Origin: Bacillales bacterium
Lineage (GTDB): Bacteria; Bacillota_I; Bacilli_A; Izemoplasmatales; Izemoplasmataceae
DNA length: 64,000 nt
NCBI GenBank assembly: GCA_041694275.1
Contig: JASMTQ010000042.1
Span: 1,812 to 65,811, forward strand
Reading direction: 5' to 3'
Below the pieces are notes generated by a model. It had not been told where the DNA came from. It worked only from the letters and a program-made list of their open reading frames with translations, and searched no databases. Both the position numbers and the translations under genes were made by a program. Shown piece after piece: positions 31,923 through 41,195 of this stretch (positions within the stretch are counted from its first letter, which is position 1; each line of letters begins with the position of its first letter).

Positions 31923-33365
31923 ATGAAAAACGTACGAGTACGCTATGCACCAAGTCCCACAGGCTATCTTCACATCGGAAACGCGAGAACCGCACTTTTC
32001 AACTATCTATTCGCTCGCCATCACGATGGCAAGTTCATTGTCAGAATCGAGGATACCGATGTCTTGAGGAATGTCGACCAGGGCATTGAAAACCAGATGG
32101 AGTATCTCCGCTGGCTTGGAATGGACTGGGACGAGTCCATTGACAAACCCGGCGCTTATGGTCCTTACCGCCAACTTGAGCGTCATGAAAAACTGAATAT
32201 CTACAAGGACTTTGCAAATGAACTCATTGAAAAAGGCCTTGCCTATAAATGCTACTGTTCCCCTGAAGAACTGGAAGCCGAAATCGAGGAGAAAAAGGCT
32301 CGTGGCGAATCCAATCTTCATTATTCGAGGAAGTGTCTTGGAAAACCGGATCAGGACGCGCCTTACATGGTGCGATTCAAAGTTCCAGACAATACAACCT
32401 ATACGTTCAACGATATCGTAAAAGGAGAAGTCACTTTCAAAAGCGAAGATGTCGGAGACTGGGTTATCCTCAAGAGAAGCGGGATTCCGACTTACAATTT
32501 CGCATGTGCCGTGGATGACCACCTAATGCAGATTTCACACGTACTTCGCGGGGAAGACCACATCACCAATACACCGAAACAGCTCATGGTCATGAACGCT
32601 TTTGGCTGGACGCATCCCACTTACGGACACATGCCGCTCATCGTCAATGAAAACCAGAAGAAACTCTCGAAGCGTGACGGTGACATCATCCAGTTCATTT
32701 CCCAGTACGACAAGCTCGGCTATCTTCCGGACGCGCTTTTCAATTTCATCGCCCTGCTAGGGTGGAGTCCTGATAAGAAAGAAGAAATTTTGAGTCCCGA
32801 AGAACTCATCAAGCGGTTTGACGAAACACGCATGTCAAGTTCACCCGCCACGTTCGACAAGGAAAAGCTAGCGTTCATCAATAACCGCTACATCAAGGCA
32901 CTGAGCAATGAAGAAGTGCTTGAGTTATGCAAATCGTTCCTGGTCGAAGAGAATATTGGACTTGACCAGGATGACAGCTGGTATGAAAACCTTGTGGAGG
33001 TTTTCAAGGACCGTCTTAGCTATGGTGCTGAAATCGTTGAGCTTTACCGTGATTTCTTTGAAAAACCGTTTGTTCTTGAAGGAGAAGCCCTTGAGTTTTT
33101 GAAACAAGAGGGTGTTAAAGCATTGCTTGAATCATTCAAAACCAAGGTTGAAGCCATCGATACGCTCGCGCCTGAAGATCTCAAGAAGGCCATCAAGGAG
33201 TCAGGCAAGGAGACTTCAATGAAAGGCAAGATGCTGTTCATGCCTCTGAGGATTGCCGTCAGTGCTTCAATGCATGGTCCGGATCTACCGAAGATGATGA
33301 ATCTCATGGGCAAGGAAAGACTCATCAAGCGTCTTGAGTACTCAATTAGCCATTTATCGCAATAA
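31923..33365 (+). CDS. gltX: glutamate--tRNA ligase
   Basis: MKNVRVRYAPSPTGYLHIGNART and KLSKR motif. The ATG at 31923 follows AAGGAGG. Confidence 0.96.
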   Translation: MKNVRVRYAPSPTGYLHIGNARTALFNYLFARHHDGKFIVRIEDTDVLRNVDQGIENQMEYLRWLGMDWDESIDKPGAYGPYRQLERHEKLNIYKDFANELIEKGLAYKCYCSPEELEAEIEEKKARGESNLHYSRKCLGKPDQDAPYMVRFKVPDNTTYTFNDIVKGEVTFKSEDVGDWVILKRSGIPTYNFACAVDDHLMQISHVLRGEDHITNTPKQLMVMNAFGWTHPTYGHMPLIVNENQKKLSKRDGDIIQFISQYDKLGYLPDALFNFIALLGWSPDKKEEILSPEELIKRFDETRMSSSPATFDKEKLAFINNRYIKALSNEEVLELCKSFLVEENIGLDQDDSWYENLVEVFKDRLSYGAEIVELYRDFFEKPFVLEGEALEFLKQEGVKALLESFKTKVEAIDTLAPEDLKKAIKESGKETSMKGKMLFMPLRIAVSASMHGPDLPKMMNLMGKERLIKRLEYSISHLSQ

Positions 33366-33371
33366 AAATAT

Positions 33372-33400
33372 TTGCATTTTAAAAAAACACGTTGTATAAT
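33372..33400 (+). promoter_or_regulatory. promoter of cold-shock gene
   Basis: TTGCAT, 17 nt spacer, TATAAT. Confidence 0.7.
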
Positions 33401-33434
33401 GCAAGTATCAAGTTATAAAGGAGAATTACTTTTC

Positions 33435-33632
33435 ATGACAGGAACAGTAAAATGGTTCAACTCAGAAAAAGGCTATGGTTTCATTACTACAGATGAAGGC
33501 AACGATGTATTCGTTCACTATAGCGCAATCAACCAAGAAGGTTTCAAATCTTTGAACGAAGGCGACAAAGTCGAGTTCGAAGTAGTTGAGGGCGATCGTG
33601 GACCTCAAGCTTCTGGCGTAGAACGCATCTAA
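33435..33632 (+). CDS. cold-shock protein (CspA family)
   Basis: 65 aa, [17 protein letters not shown] (RNP1) and VFVHYS (RNP2). Confidence 0.96.
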   Translation: MTGTVKWFNSEKGYGFITTDEGNDVFVHYSAINQEGFKSLNEGDKVEFEVVEGDRGPQASGVERI

Positions 33633-33650
33633 GTAAACTACACGAACGAA

Positions 33651-33679
33651 AGCGGGAGCTTTGCTCCCGCTTTTATTTT
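33651..33679 (+). terminator. intrinsic terminator after csp
   Basis: AGCGGGAGC-ttt-GCTCCCGCT followed by TTTATTTT. Confidence 0.85.
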
Positions 33680-33852
33680 GGATTTATCAGAAGAATGAAC
33701 CGACATTTTCGTGCGTGCACAAGGCGGGCTGCCTGCCCATAGTTCGCCACTGTCTTTTAAGTTGATTTTAAAAGCTCAGTGTTTTTGTTGACTGGTCCTT
33801 GTGTTACAATGTAAGTGTCTTGATTTTCAATCATGGAAAATAGGTGAGCTTT

Positions 33853-35187
33853 ATGGAAATATTCAATACCCTGACAAGAAAACGAGAAAAATTTGTTCCA
33901 ATCAATGATGATACAGTCAATATCTATGTATGCGGGCCCACCGTTTACAACTATATACACATCGGAAATGCGAGACCGGTTATCTTTTTTGACGTAGTCA
34001 GACGGTACTTCACCCATCTTGGGTTTACTGTGAACTATGTCTCGAATTTCACGGATGTGGATGACAAAATCATTACCAAGGCCATTGAAGACGAAACGGA
34101 TGAGCTTACTATCGCCAATAAGTTTATCAATGCGTTTTACGAAGATGCCCAAAGACTCGGAAGTTCTACTCAGTACCTTGCGCCACGTGTGACTGAATAC
34201 ATGAGTTCCATCATTTCCTACATCGAGCAACTCGTTGAGAGCGGGTCTGCTTATGAAGTGAACGGCAATGTTTATTTCCGTGTATCCAAGGCACCGGATT
34301 ATGGCATTCTCTCAGGCAGAAGAATTGAAGATTTGAAACAGGGTGCCCGCGTGGATGTGAATACTGAAAAAGAGGATCCGCTTGACTTTACACTTTGGAA
34401 AAAGACGGATGTCGGCATCAAGTATCCATCTCCATGGGGAGAAGGACGTCCTGGGTGGCATACTGAATGTGTCGCCATGATCAAGGATATCTTCGGTGGG
34501 AAAATTGATATCCATGGTGGAGGCTCCGGCCTCATGTTTCCACACCATGAAAATGAAATTGCGCAGGAACATGCCATTTCCAATCATCATATAGCGAACT
34601 ACTGGATTCACAATGGTCTTTTGAACATTGATGACAAGAAAATGAGTAAAAGTGAAGGGCGTGTCATACTGGTCAAGGATCTTGATCAGGACTATATGGG
34701 GTTTCGTCTTTTCACACTCAGTACCCATTATAGAAGCCCTATCAACTATACCGATGAAATTCTCAGATCCCATGTCAATGAGTGGGAGAAGATTAAACGT
34801 GTCTATTCCCAGTCCTTTTATCAGCTTGATCTCCATGCGCAGCTCAATAAAAATGCTGTTTTCAACAGAAGACTCTCTGAAATCGAACGAGGATTCATGA
34901 AAGCCATGGATGATGACTTCAATACTCCAAATGCCATCACGGAGATTCAGAATCTTGTCAAGTATACCAACCAGCTGCTTAGAAAAACCGACACCTTCGA
35001 AGAACTGAGAGGTGCCGTTGAACTGTTTGATACGTTCTTCTACATTCTCGGACTCGATCCTGATATAAAGCGTCTTTCGGATAGAGAACGTGCCATGTAT
35101 GCGGCCTGGACGGATGCTCGTAGAAACAAGGACTTTGACAAGGCTGACAGATTGCGTGAAAAACTCTTTGAAAAAGGCATCATCTGA
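33853..35187 (+). CDS. cysS: cysteine--tRNA ligase
   Basis: CGPTVYNYIHIGNARP and KMSKS motifs. The ATG at 33853 aligns with the Bacillus N-terminus. Confidence 0.96.
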   Translation: MEIFNTLTRKREKFVPINDDTVNIYVCGPTVYNYIHIGNARPVIFFDVVRRYFTHLGFTVNYVSNFTDVDDKIITKAIEDETDELTIANKFINAFYEDAQRLGSSTQYLAPRVTEYMSSIISYIEQLVESGSAYEVNGNVYFRVSKAPDYGILSGRRIEDLKQGARVDVNTEKEDPLDFTLWKKTDVGIKYPSPWGEGRPGWHTECVAMIKDIFGGKIDIHGGGSGLMFPHHENEIAQEHAISNHHIANYWIHNGLLNIDDKKMSKSEGRVILVKDLDQDYMGFRLFTLSTHYRSPINYTDEILRSHVNEWEKIKRVYSQSFYQLDLHAQLNKNAVFNRRLSEIERGFMKAMDDDFNTPNAITEIQNLVKYTNQLLRKTDTFEELRGAVELFDTFFYILGLDPDIKRLSDRERAMYAAWTDARRNKDFDKADRLREKLFEKGII

Positions 35188-35561
35188 TGGTGCAGTATAA
35201 CGGACAGACTCTAGCTTATATCGGCGATGCGGTGTTTGAACTGTTTATCAGGGAAACGTTGCTTGAACAAGGCATTGTCAAAGCCGACAAGCTTCACAAG
35301 GAAGTCATCAAATTTACCAGTGCCCAGGGGCAATACGCCTGTCTTCAGTCGATTGAAGATGCACTAAGTGAAAAGGAAAAAGCCGTCGTGAACAGGGGGC
35401 GCAACCAGGCGACTGCGCGAAGACCCAAGGGGACGCCTTTACAAACTTACAAACTCTCAACAGGGTTCGAAGCACTCATTGGTTTTTTATATCTGAGTGG
35501 TGAAAAAAACCGCCTTCAAGAATTGTTCGACATGATTACTGTAAAACTTCAAGTAAGCTAA
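35187..35561 (+). CDS. mrnC: mini-ribonuclease III
   Basis: 124 aa, AYIGDAVFELFIRE RNase III signature. Lies at the cysS-yazC-yacO synteny position. Confidence 0.9.
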   Translation: MVQYNGQTLAYIGDAVFELFIRETLLEQGIVKADKLHKEVIKFTSAQGQYACLQSIEDALSEKEKAVVNRGRNQATARRPKGTPLQTYKLSTGFEALIGFLYLSGEKNRLQELFDMITVKLQVS

Positions 35562-35635
35562 GCGCTTGATTTTTTCAATATTTTGAAGAAGTCCCCATGT
35601 TAGAATGAGGCAACGAAAGAAAACGAGGTGTTGCC

Positions 35636-36337
35636 ATGATTATCTATGGAAAAAATCCAATTGAAGAGGCGCTCAATTATGATCGTGAAATCTATGAAGT
35701 CTTCACGAGCCTCTCTGAGAATGACAAACTTATTAAAAAAGCCAGAAATAAAAACATCAAGATTACCTTTCTAGACAAAAAAACCATGAACAAGCGTTTT
35801 GATGGGTCACACCAGGGCATTGGGGCCAACGTTCGTGATTACGAATACGCTTCTTTGGAAACCGTATTGAATCAAGAAGGAAGAAAACTTTTTCTAATGC
35901 TTGATTCAATCACCGATCCTCACAATCTAGGGGCCATACTGAGAAGCGCGGAAGCCTTTGGCGTGACTGGTGTCATCCTCCCCAAAGACCGTTCGGCTCA
36001 GATTAACGCTACGGTTGTAAAGGTTGCGGCAGGGTCCATCGAACACGTTAAATTGATTCAGGTCGTAAACCTGCATCAGACCATTCGCACGCTCAAAGAC
36101 AACAATATCTGGGTGATCGGCCTTGATCTTGATACGGATTCAACACTGGAAGATGTATACGTGGACACTGATCTTTGTCTGGTCCTTGGCAACGAAGGCA
36201 AAGGCATGCGGCCGTTGGTTCGCAAATCCTGTGATACGCTTGTAAGGATTCCAATGAATGGGAAAGTAAACAGTCTCAACGTCAGTGTTTCTGCTGGCGT
36301 AGCGCTTTACGATGTCATCTCAAGGCGAAAAGGATGA
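35636..36337 (+). CDS. rlmB: 23S rRNA (guanosine2251-2'-O)-methyltransferase, SpoU/TrmH family
   Basis: DSITDPHNLGAILRSAEAFG, LVLGNEGKGM and SLNVSVSAGVALY motifs. Confidence 0.9.
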   Translation: MIIYGKNPIEEALNYDREIYEVFTSLSENDKLIKKARNKNIKITFLDKKTMNKRFDGSHQGIGANVRDYEYASLETVLNQEGRKLFLMLDSITDPHNLGAILRSAEAFGVTGVILPKDRSAQINATVVKVAAGSIEHVKLIQVVNLHQTIRTLKDNNIWVIGLDLDTDSTLEDVYVDTDLCLVLGNEGKGMRPLVRKSCDTLVRIPMNGKVNSLNVSVSAGVALYDVISRRKG

Positions 36338-36873
36338 TCCGCCCGAGTAATGACTATGAAGTCATTGCACGCATAAAAGAAGGCGATGACCAGGCGCTTG
36401 AGCATCTCGCTTCGAACTATTCTTCATTTATTGCCAAGAAGATTCATTCGTATTCGCTAGCCTACATGTTCGACGATCTGTTTCAAGAAGGGTTGATCCT
36501 TCTTTATAAATCGGTGCTTGCTTTTGAAGAGAAATTCAACAAATCGTTTACCCGGTTTTTTGAAATGAACTTTGAACGGCACATGCGAAGTCAAATCAAC
36601 CAATTGAGAAGACGCAGAGAGATTACCAGACTCAATAAAACCTATATTGCGGAAGCCAACCACTGCGTGCGTGAAAACTCTGTATATTACGAAGTGCATC
36701 TCAATGAAATAAAAAAAGTGTTGACTGAATTCGAATTCAGTGTTTATATACTAAGGGTACTCAAATGCACCCCCGTTGGCGAGGTTGCTGAAAGATACCT
36801 TTGTGATACCAAGTCCGTCTACAATGCCGTCCATCGTGCAAAACTCAAAATACATGCGTATTTCGAGGGCTAA
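36334..36873 (+). CDS. sigH: SigH-like alternative sigma factor (compact)
   Basis: Sigma-70 region 2 (ALEHLASNYSSFIAKK...FQEGLILLYKSV) and a region 4 HTH (VGEVAERYLCDTKSVYNAVHRAKLKI). It occupies the Bacillus sigH position before rpmG-secE-nusG. ATGA overlap with rlmB. Confidence 0.8.
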   Translation: MIRPSNDYEVIARIKEGDDQALEHLASNYSSFIAKKIHSYSLAYMFDDLFQEGLILLYKSVLAFEEKFNKSFTRFFEMNFERHMRSQINQLRRRREITRLNKTYIAEANHCVRENSVYYEVHLNEIKKVLTEFEFSVYILRVLKCTPVGEVAERYLCDTKSVYNAVHRAKLKIHAYFEG

Positions 36874-36876
36874 ACG

Positions 36877-36905
36877 TTGACAAATGACGGGGATTTTGGT
36901 ACATT
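36877..36905 (+). promoter_or_regulatory. promoter of rpmG-secE-nusG
   Basis: TTGACA, 17 nt spacer, TACATT. Confidence 0.55.
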
Positions 36906-36929
36906 ATATATTTGCAAGGTTGTGATAAC

Positions 36930-37076
36930 ATGCGCCAAAAAATTAGACTCATATGCGAAGAATGCCTATCAAGAAACTACACGACTTACAAACACAAAGA
37001 TGACAAGAAGCGCATGGTTGTGAAAAAGTATTGCAAACGGTGCAATAAACACACAAACCACAAAGAAAGTAAATAG
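36930..37076 (+). CDS. rpmG: 50S ribosomal protein L33 (zinc-ribbon form)
   Basis: 48 aa, not in the ORF track, translated by hand: [48 protein letters not shown]. Confidence 0.93.
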   Translation: MRQKIRLICEECLSRNYTTYKHKDDKKRMVVKKYCKRCNKHTNHKESK

Positions 37077-37088
37077 GAGCTGTAAACA

Positions 37089-37523
37089 ATGGCAGAACAA
37101 AAAGACACAAAACAAGACAAAATCGGAAAAGTACTAACCATTCTTAAAAAGGAATATCCTTTCGAAGGATTGCTCCTTGGACTTCTGGGTGTTCTCGTGC
37201 TTGTACTAGGCGTTTATATCTTCGAAGGTGAGAGGCTGACGATTCGTTTCACGGATCTTTGGATTTTCGATTCTCCCCTCAAGATAACCATTTTCTCCAT
37301 CATTGTCATGCTTGTCGGTGCGGTTGCACTGATTATGGCGGTTGGACCGTTCTTCATTCCAGGTCTCAAGGAAATGAACCGTGTCACATGGCCGAACAAG
37401 CCAACCATCTATAACAACTTCGCCCGTGTAATGGGGTTCATTGTGGTTCTTGGTGCGATGTTCATTCTCTATGATGCAGTGTTCAGACCGATTTTTGATT
37501 TCCTTTACGGATTGGGTGCCTAA
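37089..37523 (+). CDS. secE: preprotein translocase subunit SecE, long three-helix form
   Basis: Lies between rpmG and nusG. The C-terminal part LKEMNRVTWPNKPTIYNNFARVMGFIVVLGAMFIL is SecE-like. Two extra N-terminal hydrophobic helices are present. Confidence 0.85.
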   Translation: MAEQKDTKQDKIGKVLTILKKEYPFEGLLLGLLGVLVLVLGVYIFEGERLTIRFTDLWIFDSPLKITIFSIIVMLVGAVALIMAVGPFFIPGLKEMNRVTWPNKPTIYNNFARVMGFIVVLGAMFILYDAVFRPIFDFLYGLGA

Positions 37524-37526
37524 ACC

Positions 37527-38081
37527 ATGATGGAAGATCAAAACAAGAAAAGAATGTGGTACGCCGTTCAGACTTACTCGGGGCAGGAAAACAGCGTCAA
37601 AGTGAATCTTGAACGCCGCATTGAATCCATGCAGATGGAAGATAAAATCTTCCATGTTGTCATTCCTGAAGAAATCCAACAGGAAAAAAGAAACGACGGA
37701 ACCACTAAAGAACGTCTGGTCAAAATCTATCCAGGCTATGTTTTCATTGAAATGATCGTCACGGACGATTCATGGTTTGTCGTTAGAAACACCCCTGGTG
37801 TCACAGGATTTCTTGGTAGTAGTGGTGGAGGAACCAAACCGATTCCATTGCCACCTGAAGAAATCAATCCAATACTTAAAAGAGTGGGCATCATTCAAAA
37901 GCCCAAACTGGATATCAAGATTGGACAGAAAGTACGCGTGACGGCTGGACCGTTTGCGAACCAGGTTGGAAAAATCGACAGCATCGACCAGGAAAAGGAA
38001 CTTGTAACCGTATTGGTTGAAATGTTTGGCAGGGAGACCCCGGCTGAACTTACTTTCGACGAGATTGACACTGACATATAA
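37527..38081 (+). CDS. nusG: transcription termination/antitermination factor NusG
   Basis: NGN domain (WYAVQTYSGQENSVK) and KOW motif (GQKVRVTAGPFANQVGKI). Confidence 0.96.
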   Translation: MMEDQNKKRMWYAVQTYSGQENSVKVNLERRIESMQMEDKIFHVVIPEEIQQEKRNDGTTKERLVKIYPGYVFIEMIVTDDSWFVVRNTPGVTGFLGSSGGGTKPIPLPPEEINPILKRVGIIQKPKLDIKIGQKVRVTAGPFANQVGKIDSIDQEKELVTVLVEMFGRETPAELTFDEIDTDI

Positions 38082-38086
38082 AACCA

Positions 38087-38115
38087 TTGACAGTGTCAAT
38101 CTTTTCGTATACAAT
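38087..38115 (+). promoter_or_regulatory. promoter of rplK-rplA, embedded in palindrome ATTGACAGTGTCAAT
   Basis: TTGACA, 17 nt spacer, TACAAT. The palindrome at 38086-38100 followed by CTTTTCG may also act as a weak nusG terminator. Confidence 0.6.
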
Positions 38116-38204
38116 AGTATGGCGTGACTTTGTCATGCTTATTTAAGAGTGGAAGGGTGCAATGCATCCGCTGACCACATCACGAGAATGAGGAGGTGTC
38201 CATC

Positions 38205-38633
38205 GTGGCTAAAAAAGAAATAACCACTGTAGTTAAACTGCAAATCCCAGCAGGTAAAGCGAATCCAGCTCCACCTGTAGGTCCAGCGCTCGGTCAGGCA
38301 GGCGTCAACATTCAAGACTTCTGTTCGAAATTCAACGACGCAACCAAGGACAAAATGGGTAATATCATCCCTGTAGAAATCACAGTATACAAGGACAGAT
38401 CATTTACTTTCGTCACCAAAACTCCGCCAGCAGCGGACTTGTTGAAGAAAGCCGCCGGCGTCGACAAAGGTGCCAGCAACCCGCTTACTGAAAAAGTCGG
38501 TTCAGTTACAAGGGATCAGGTCCGTGAAATCGCGGAAACCAAAATGCCCGATCTGAATGCGAATGACGTTGAAGCAGCAATGCGTATCGTCGAAGGAACA
38601 GCAAAAAACATGGGAATCACAGTCAAGAACTAG
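38205..38633 (+). CDS. rplK: 50S ribosomal protein L11
   Basis: From the GTG at 38205, 8 nt after AGGAGG: [31 protein letters not shown]. Confidence 0.97.
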   Translation: MAKKEITTVVKLQIPAGKANPAPPVGPALGQAGVNIQDFCSKFNDATKDKMGNIIPVEITVYKDRSFTFVTKTPPAADLLKKAAGVDKGASNPLTEKVGSVTRDQVREIAETKMPDLNANDVEAAMRIVEGTAKNMGITVKN

Positions 38634-38662
38634 CAATTAGTTGATCCTAACAGACAGCTATT

Positions 38663-38689
38663 TGTGGGAGGAGATTCCGTTAGACCACA
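38663..38689 (+). promoter_or_regulatory. candidate L1-binding rRNA mimic upstream of rplA
   Basis: Helix TGTGG...CCACA enclosing GGGAG...AGACC. It resembles the 23S L1-stalk GGUGGGAG/ACCACC core as I recall it. Confidence 0.4.
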
Positions 38690-38704
38690 TTTAGGAGGAA
38701 AATC

Positions 38705-39397
38705 ATGGCTAAAAAAGGAAAGAAATACACAGAAGCACTTGCCAAAATCGATGCAACCAAAGCCTATAAGCTTGAAGAAGCCGTTGCGCTTCTAAAAGAC
38801 GTGTCGTTTGAGTCGTTTGACGCATCCGTCGAACTAGCTCTCAGACTCAACGTTGACCCACGCCAGGCAGACCAGAACATTCGCGGGGCTACCGTACTTC
38901 CAAATGGAACCGGAAACACCAAGCGTGTGCTCGTATTTGCCAAAGGCGAACAGGCAAAAGCCGCTGAAGAAGCGGGCGCCGATTATGTCGGCGAACAGGA
39001 ACTGGTTGATAAGGTGCTCGGAGGCTGGATGGATTTTGACACAGTCGTAGCTACACCGGATATGATGGCACAAGTTGGGAAACTTGGACGCACACTTGGT
39101 CCAAAAGGTCTCATGCCTAACCCGAAAACCGGCACAGTTACACCAGATGTCAAAAAAGCCGTTGAAGAAATCAAGGCGGGTAAAGTTGAATACCGCGTTG
39201 ACAAAGTAGGGAACCTGCATATTACCGCTGGTAAAGTATCGTTCTCAAACGAAGATCTTCAGGAAAACATTCAGGCATTCGTTCAAACCATCACAGGCCT
39301 TAGACCATCAACAGTCAAAGGTGCATTCATCTTGAACGCAAGTCTTTCATCAACCATGAGCCCAGGCATCAAACTCGATGCTGGCTCAGTAAACTAA
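38705..39397 (+). CDS. rplA: 50S ribosomal protein L1
   Basis: MAKKGKKY...[16 protein letters not shown]. Confidence 0.98.
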   Translation: MAKKGKKYTEALAKIDATKAYKLEEAVALLKDVSFESFDASVELALRLNVDPRQADQNIRGATVLPNGTGNTKRVLVFAKGEQAKAAEEAGADYVGEQELVDKVLGGWMDFDTVVATPDMMAQVGKLGRTLGPKGLMPNPKTGTVTPDVKKAVEEIKAGKVEYRVDKVGNLHITAGKVSFSNEDLQENIQAFVQTITGLRPSTVKGAFILNASLSSTMSPGIKLDAGSVN

Positions 39398-39548
39398 AAA
39401 ATAAAATATTCTTTCTGTCCGAGACCTCAGGTGCCAATGGCTTAATTTCCTGACTAGACAAAAGACCACTATACAACCCGTATGGTCCTCTTTTGTTGTA
39501 ACTGACAGGAGAGGACATTTTTATTGAATAACACTAGGAGGTGGAACA
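39398..39548 (+). promoter_or_regulatory. L10 (rplJ) leader with attenuator
   Basis: 150-nt leader. Hairpin 39464-39487 shares nucleotides with a strong downstream hairpin at 39485-39516, which is followed by ATTTTTATT. Firmicute L10 leaders act by attenuation. Confidence 0.6.
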
Positions 39549-40052
39549 GTGTCAACCAAGGCAATCGAAAGAAAAAAAGCAGAAGTCGATGCACTTGCTA
39601 CCAAAATGCAAGAAGCAAGCTCTGTGGTCATCGCGGATTATCAAGGACTAACCGTTGATCAGGTAACGAAGCTTCGTACTGCGTTATTTGAAAATGACTG
39701 CGAGTTCAAAGTCATCAAGAACAACATCATCCGTCGTGCTGCAGAAAAAGCCGGTTACGAAAAACTGCTTGAATCTGTTACAGGACCGAATGCCGTCGCG
39801 TTCTCATATGAAGACAGCGTATCGGCTGCAAAAGTCATCCATGACTTTGCAGAGGAAAACGAAAAACTCGATCTTAAAGTCGGTGTCGTCGATGGCGATT
39901 ACATGGACAACGCCCGCATCAACAAAATTGCGACCATTCCAACCCGCGAAGAACTACTTACCATGTTCGCTGGTGGACTCATCCAACCAATCAGAAACGT
40001 TGCAATTGCAATAAACATGCACAAAGAAAATCTAGAACAACAAAACGGATAA
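39549..40052 (+). CDS. rplJ: 50S ribosomal protein L10
   Basis: GTG start after [24 protein letters not shown] motif. Confidence 0.97.
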   Translation: MSTKAIERKKAEVDALATKMQEASSVVIADYQGLTVDQVTKLRTALFENDCEFKVIKNNIIRRAAEKAGYEKLLESVTGPNAVAFSYEDSVSAAKVIHDFAEENEKLDLKVGVVDGDYMDNARINKIATIPTREELLTMFAGGLIQPIRNVAIAINMHKENLEQQNG

Positions 40053-40071
40053 AAATAAGGAGGAAACTATC

Positions 40072-40437
40072 ATGGCAAAACTTACCAATGCAGAAATCAT
40101 TGAATCACTTAAAGAAAAAACACTTTTGGAACTTAACGAACTTGTAGATCTTATGAAAGAAGAATTCGGTGTTGACCCAACAGCCGTTGCTGCTGCCGGA
40201 CCTGGTGCTGCTGCCGAAGAAGAACCTAGTGAAGTGACTGTAACACTTACCAATGCTGGTGCCAAGAAAATCGGCGTCATCAAAGTCGTGCGTCAAATCA
40301 CTGGCCTCGGACTCAAAGAAGCCAAAGCGCTTGTTGACGGCGTACCTGCTGCTGTCAAAGAAGACATCGAACCAGAAGAAGCCGAAGAAATCAAGAACCA
40401 ACTTGAAGAAGCCGGCGCATCTGTCGAAGTCAAATAA
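40072..40437 (+). CDS. rplL: 50S ribosomal protein L7/L12
   Basis: Ala/Glu-rich hinge and C-terminal domain [21 protein letters not shown]. Confidence 0.98.
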   Translation: MAKLTNAEIIESLKEKTLLELNELVDLMKEEFGVDPTAVAAAGPGAAAEEEPSEVTVTLTNAGAKKIGVIKVVRQITGLGLKEAKALVDGVPAAVKEDIEPEEAEEIKNQLEEAGASVEVK

Positions 40438-40449
40438 CAAACATAGACA

Positions 40450-40479
40450 AAAAACCTGGGGATTTTCCCCAGGTTTTTG
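40450..40479 (+). terminator. intrinsic terminator after rplL
   Basis: ACCTGGGGA-ttt-TCCCCAGGT followed by TTTT. Confidence 0.85.
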
Positions 40480-40511
40480 CCTATTATTCCACCAAACGGT
40501 GAGGTGAGCAA

Positions 40512-41108
40512 ATGACCCACTACTATAGTGAATCTCAGGATGATACCAAAAGCAACGAGACACCGGTTGAAGTCACTTTTTGTGACAGAACATTTACGTT
40601 TTTAAGTGATCACGGCGTATTTTCAAAAGGTCGAATCGACCTGGGTACGCGAACACTTATTGAAAACGTTGAAGTGAAACCGGGCGCGAAAGTGCTTGAT
40701 CTCGGGTGTGGATACGGCGTCATTGGCATTACGGTTGCTGCATGCAAGCATGCGAATGTAACCATGAGTGATGTGAATGAACGAGCGATTGATCTCACCA
40801 GGAGAAATGCCGATGCGAACGGCGTCAATGTCAATATCGTTAAAAGCTATGGGTTGGACAAAGTTGATGGCTTTTTTGATGTCATTATCTCCAATCCACC
40901 GATCAGAATCGGTAAGGCCAGGCTATACGCGATGTACAAAGACGTTTACGAAGCGCTTAATGACGGCGGAATCTTTTGGCTGGTCATCCGAAAAAAACAA
41001 GGCGCGCAATCTGCGGCCAAATATTTAGAGACGATGTTTGATGTCAATATTGTGAAAAAACACAAAGGCTACCATGTTATGGCCTGTAAAAAAACATTGA
41101 CGTCTTGA
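40512..41108 (+). CDS. class I SAM-dependent rRNA methyltransferase, YbxB/RsmC-like
   Basis: SAM motif VLDLGCGYG and NPP motif IISNPPIR. Bacillus ybxB position between rplL and rpoB. Confidence 0.85.
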   Translation: MTHYYSESQDDTKSNETPVEVTFCDRTFTFLSDHGVFSKGRIDLGTRTLIENVEVKPGAKVLDLGCGYGVIGITVAACKHANVTMSDVNERAIDLTRRNADANGVNVNIVKSYGLDKVDGFFDVIISNPPIRIGKARLYAMYKDVYEALNDGGIFWLVIRKKQGAQSAAKYLETMFDVNIVKKHKGYHVMACKKTLTS

Positions 41109-41125
41109 CAACATTGTGATACAAT
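41097..41125 (+). promoter_or_regulatory. possible promoter ahead of rpoB
   Basis: TTGACG, 17 nt spacer, TACAAT, overlapping the end of the methyltransferase gene. Confidence 0.45.
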
Positions 41126-41195
41126 TACAAAATGCGATAACATGCGCTTTTTTGTAGTGCAGTCACTTTTTTAATTTTAAAACGGGGTGAATATA

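Noticed and set aside
33788-33810. TTGACT ... TACAAT looked like a good cysS promoter
   Set aside because: The hexamers are only 11 nt apart. At best the TGtTACAAT extended -10 could function alone, so I did not list it as a feature.
41126-41186. GCG...CGC plus T6 upstream of rpoB as an attenuator
   Set aside because: Only 3 bp can pair, which is too weak to call a structure.
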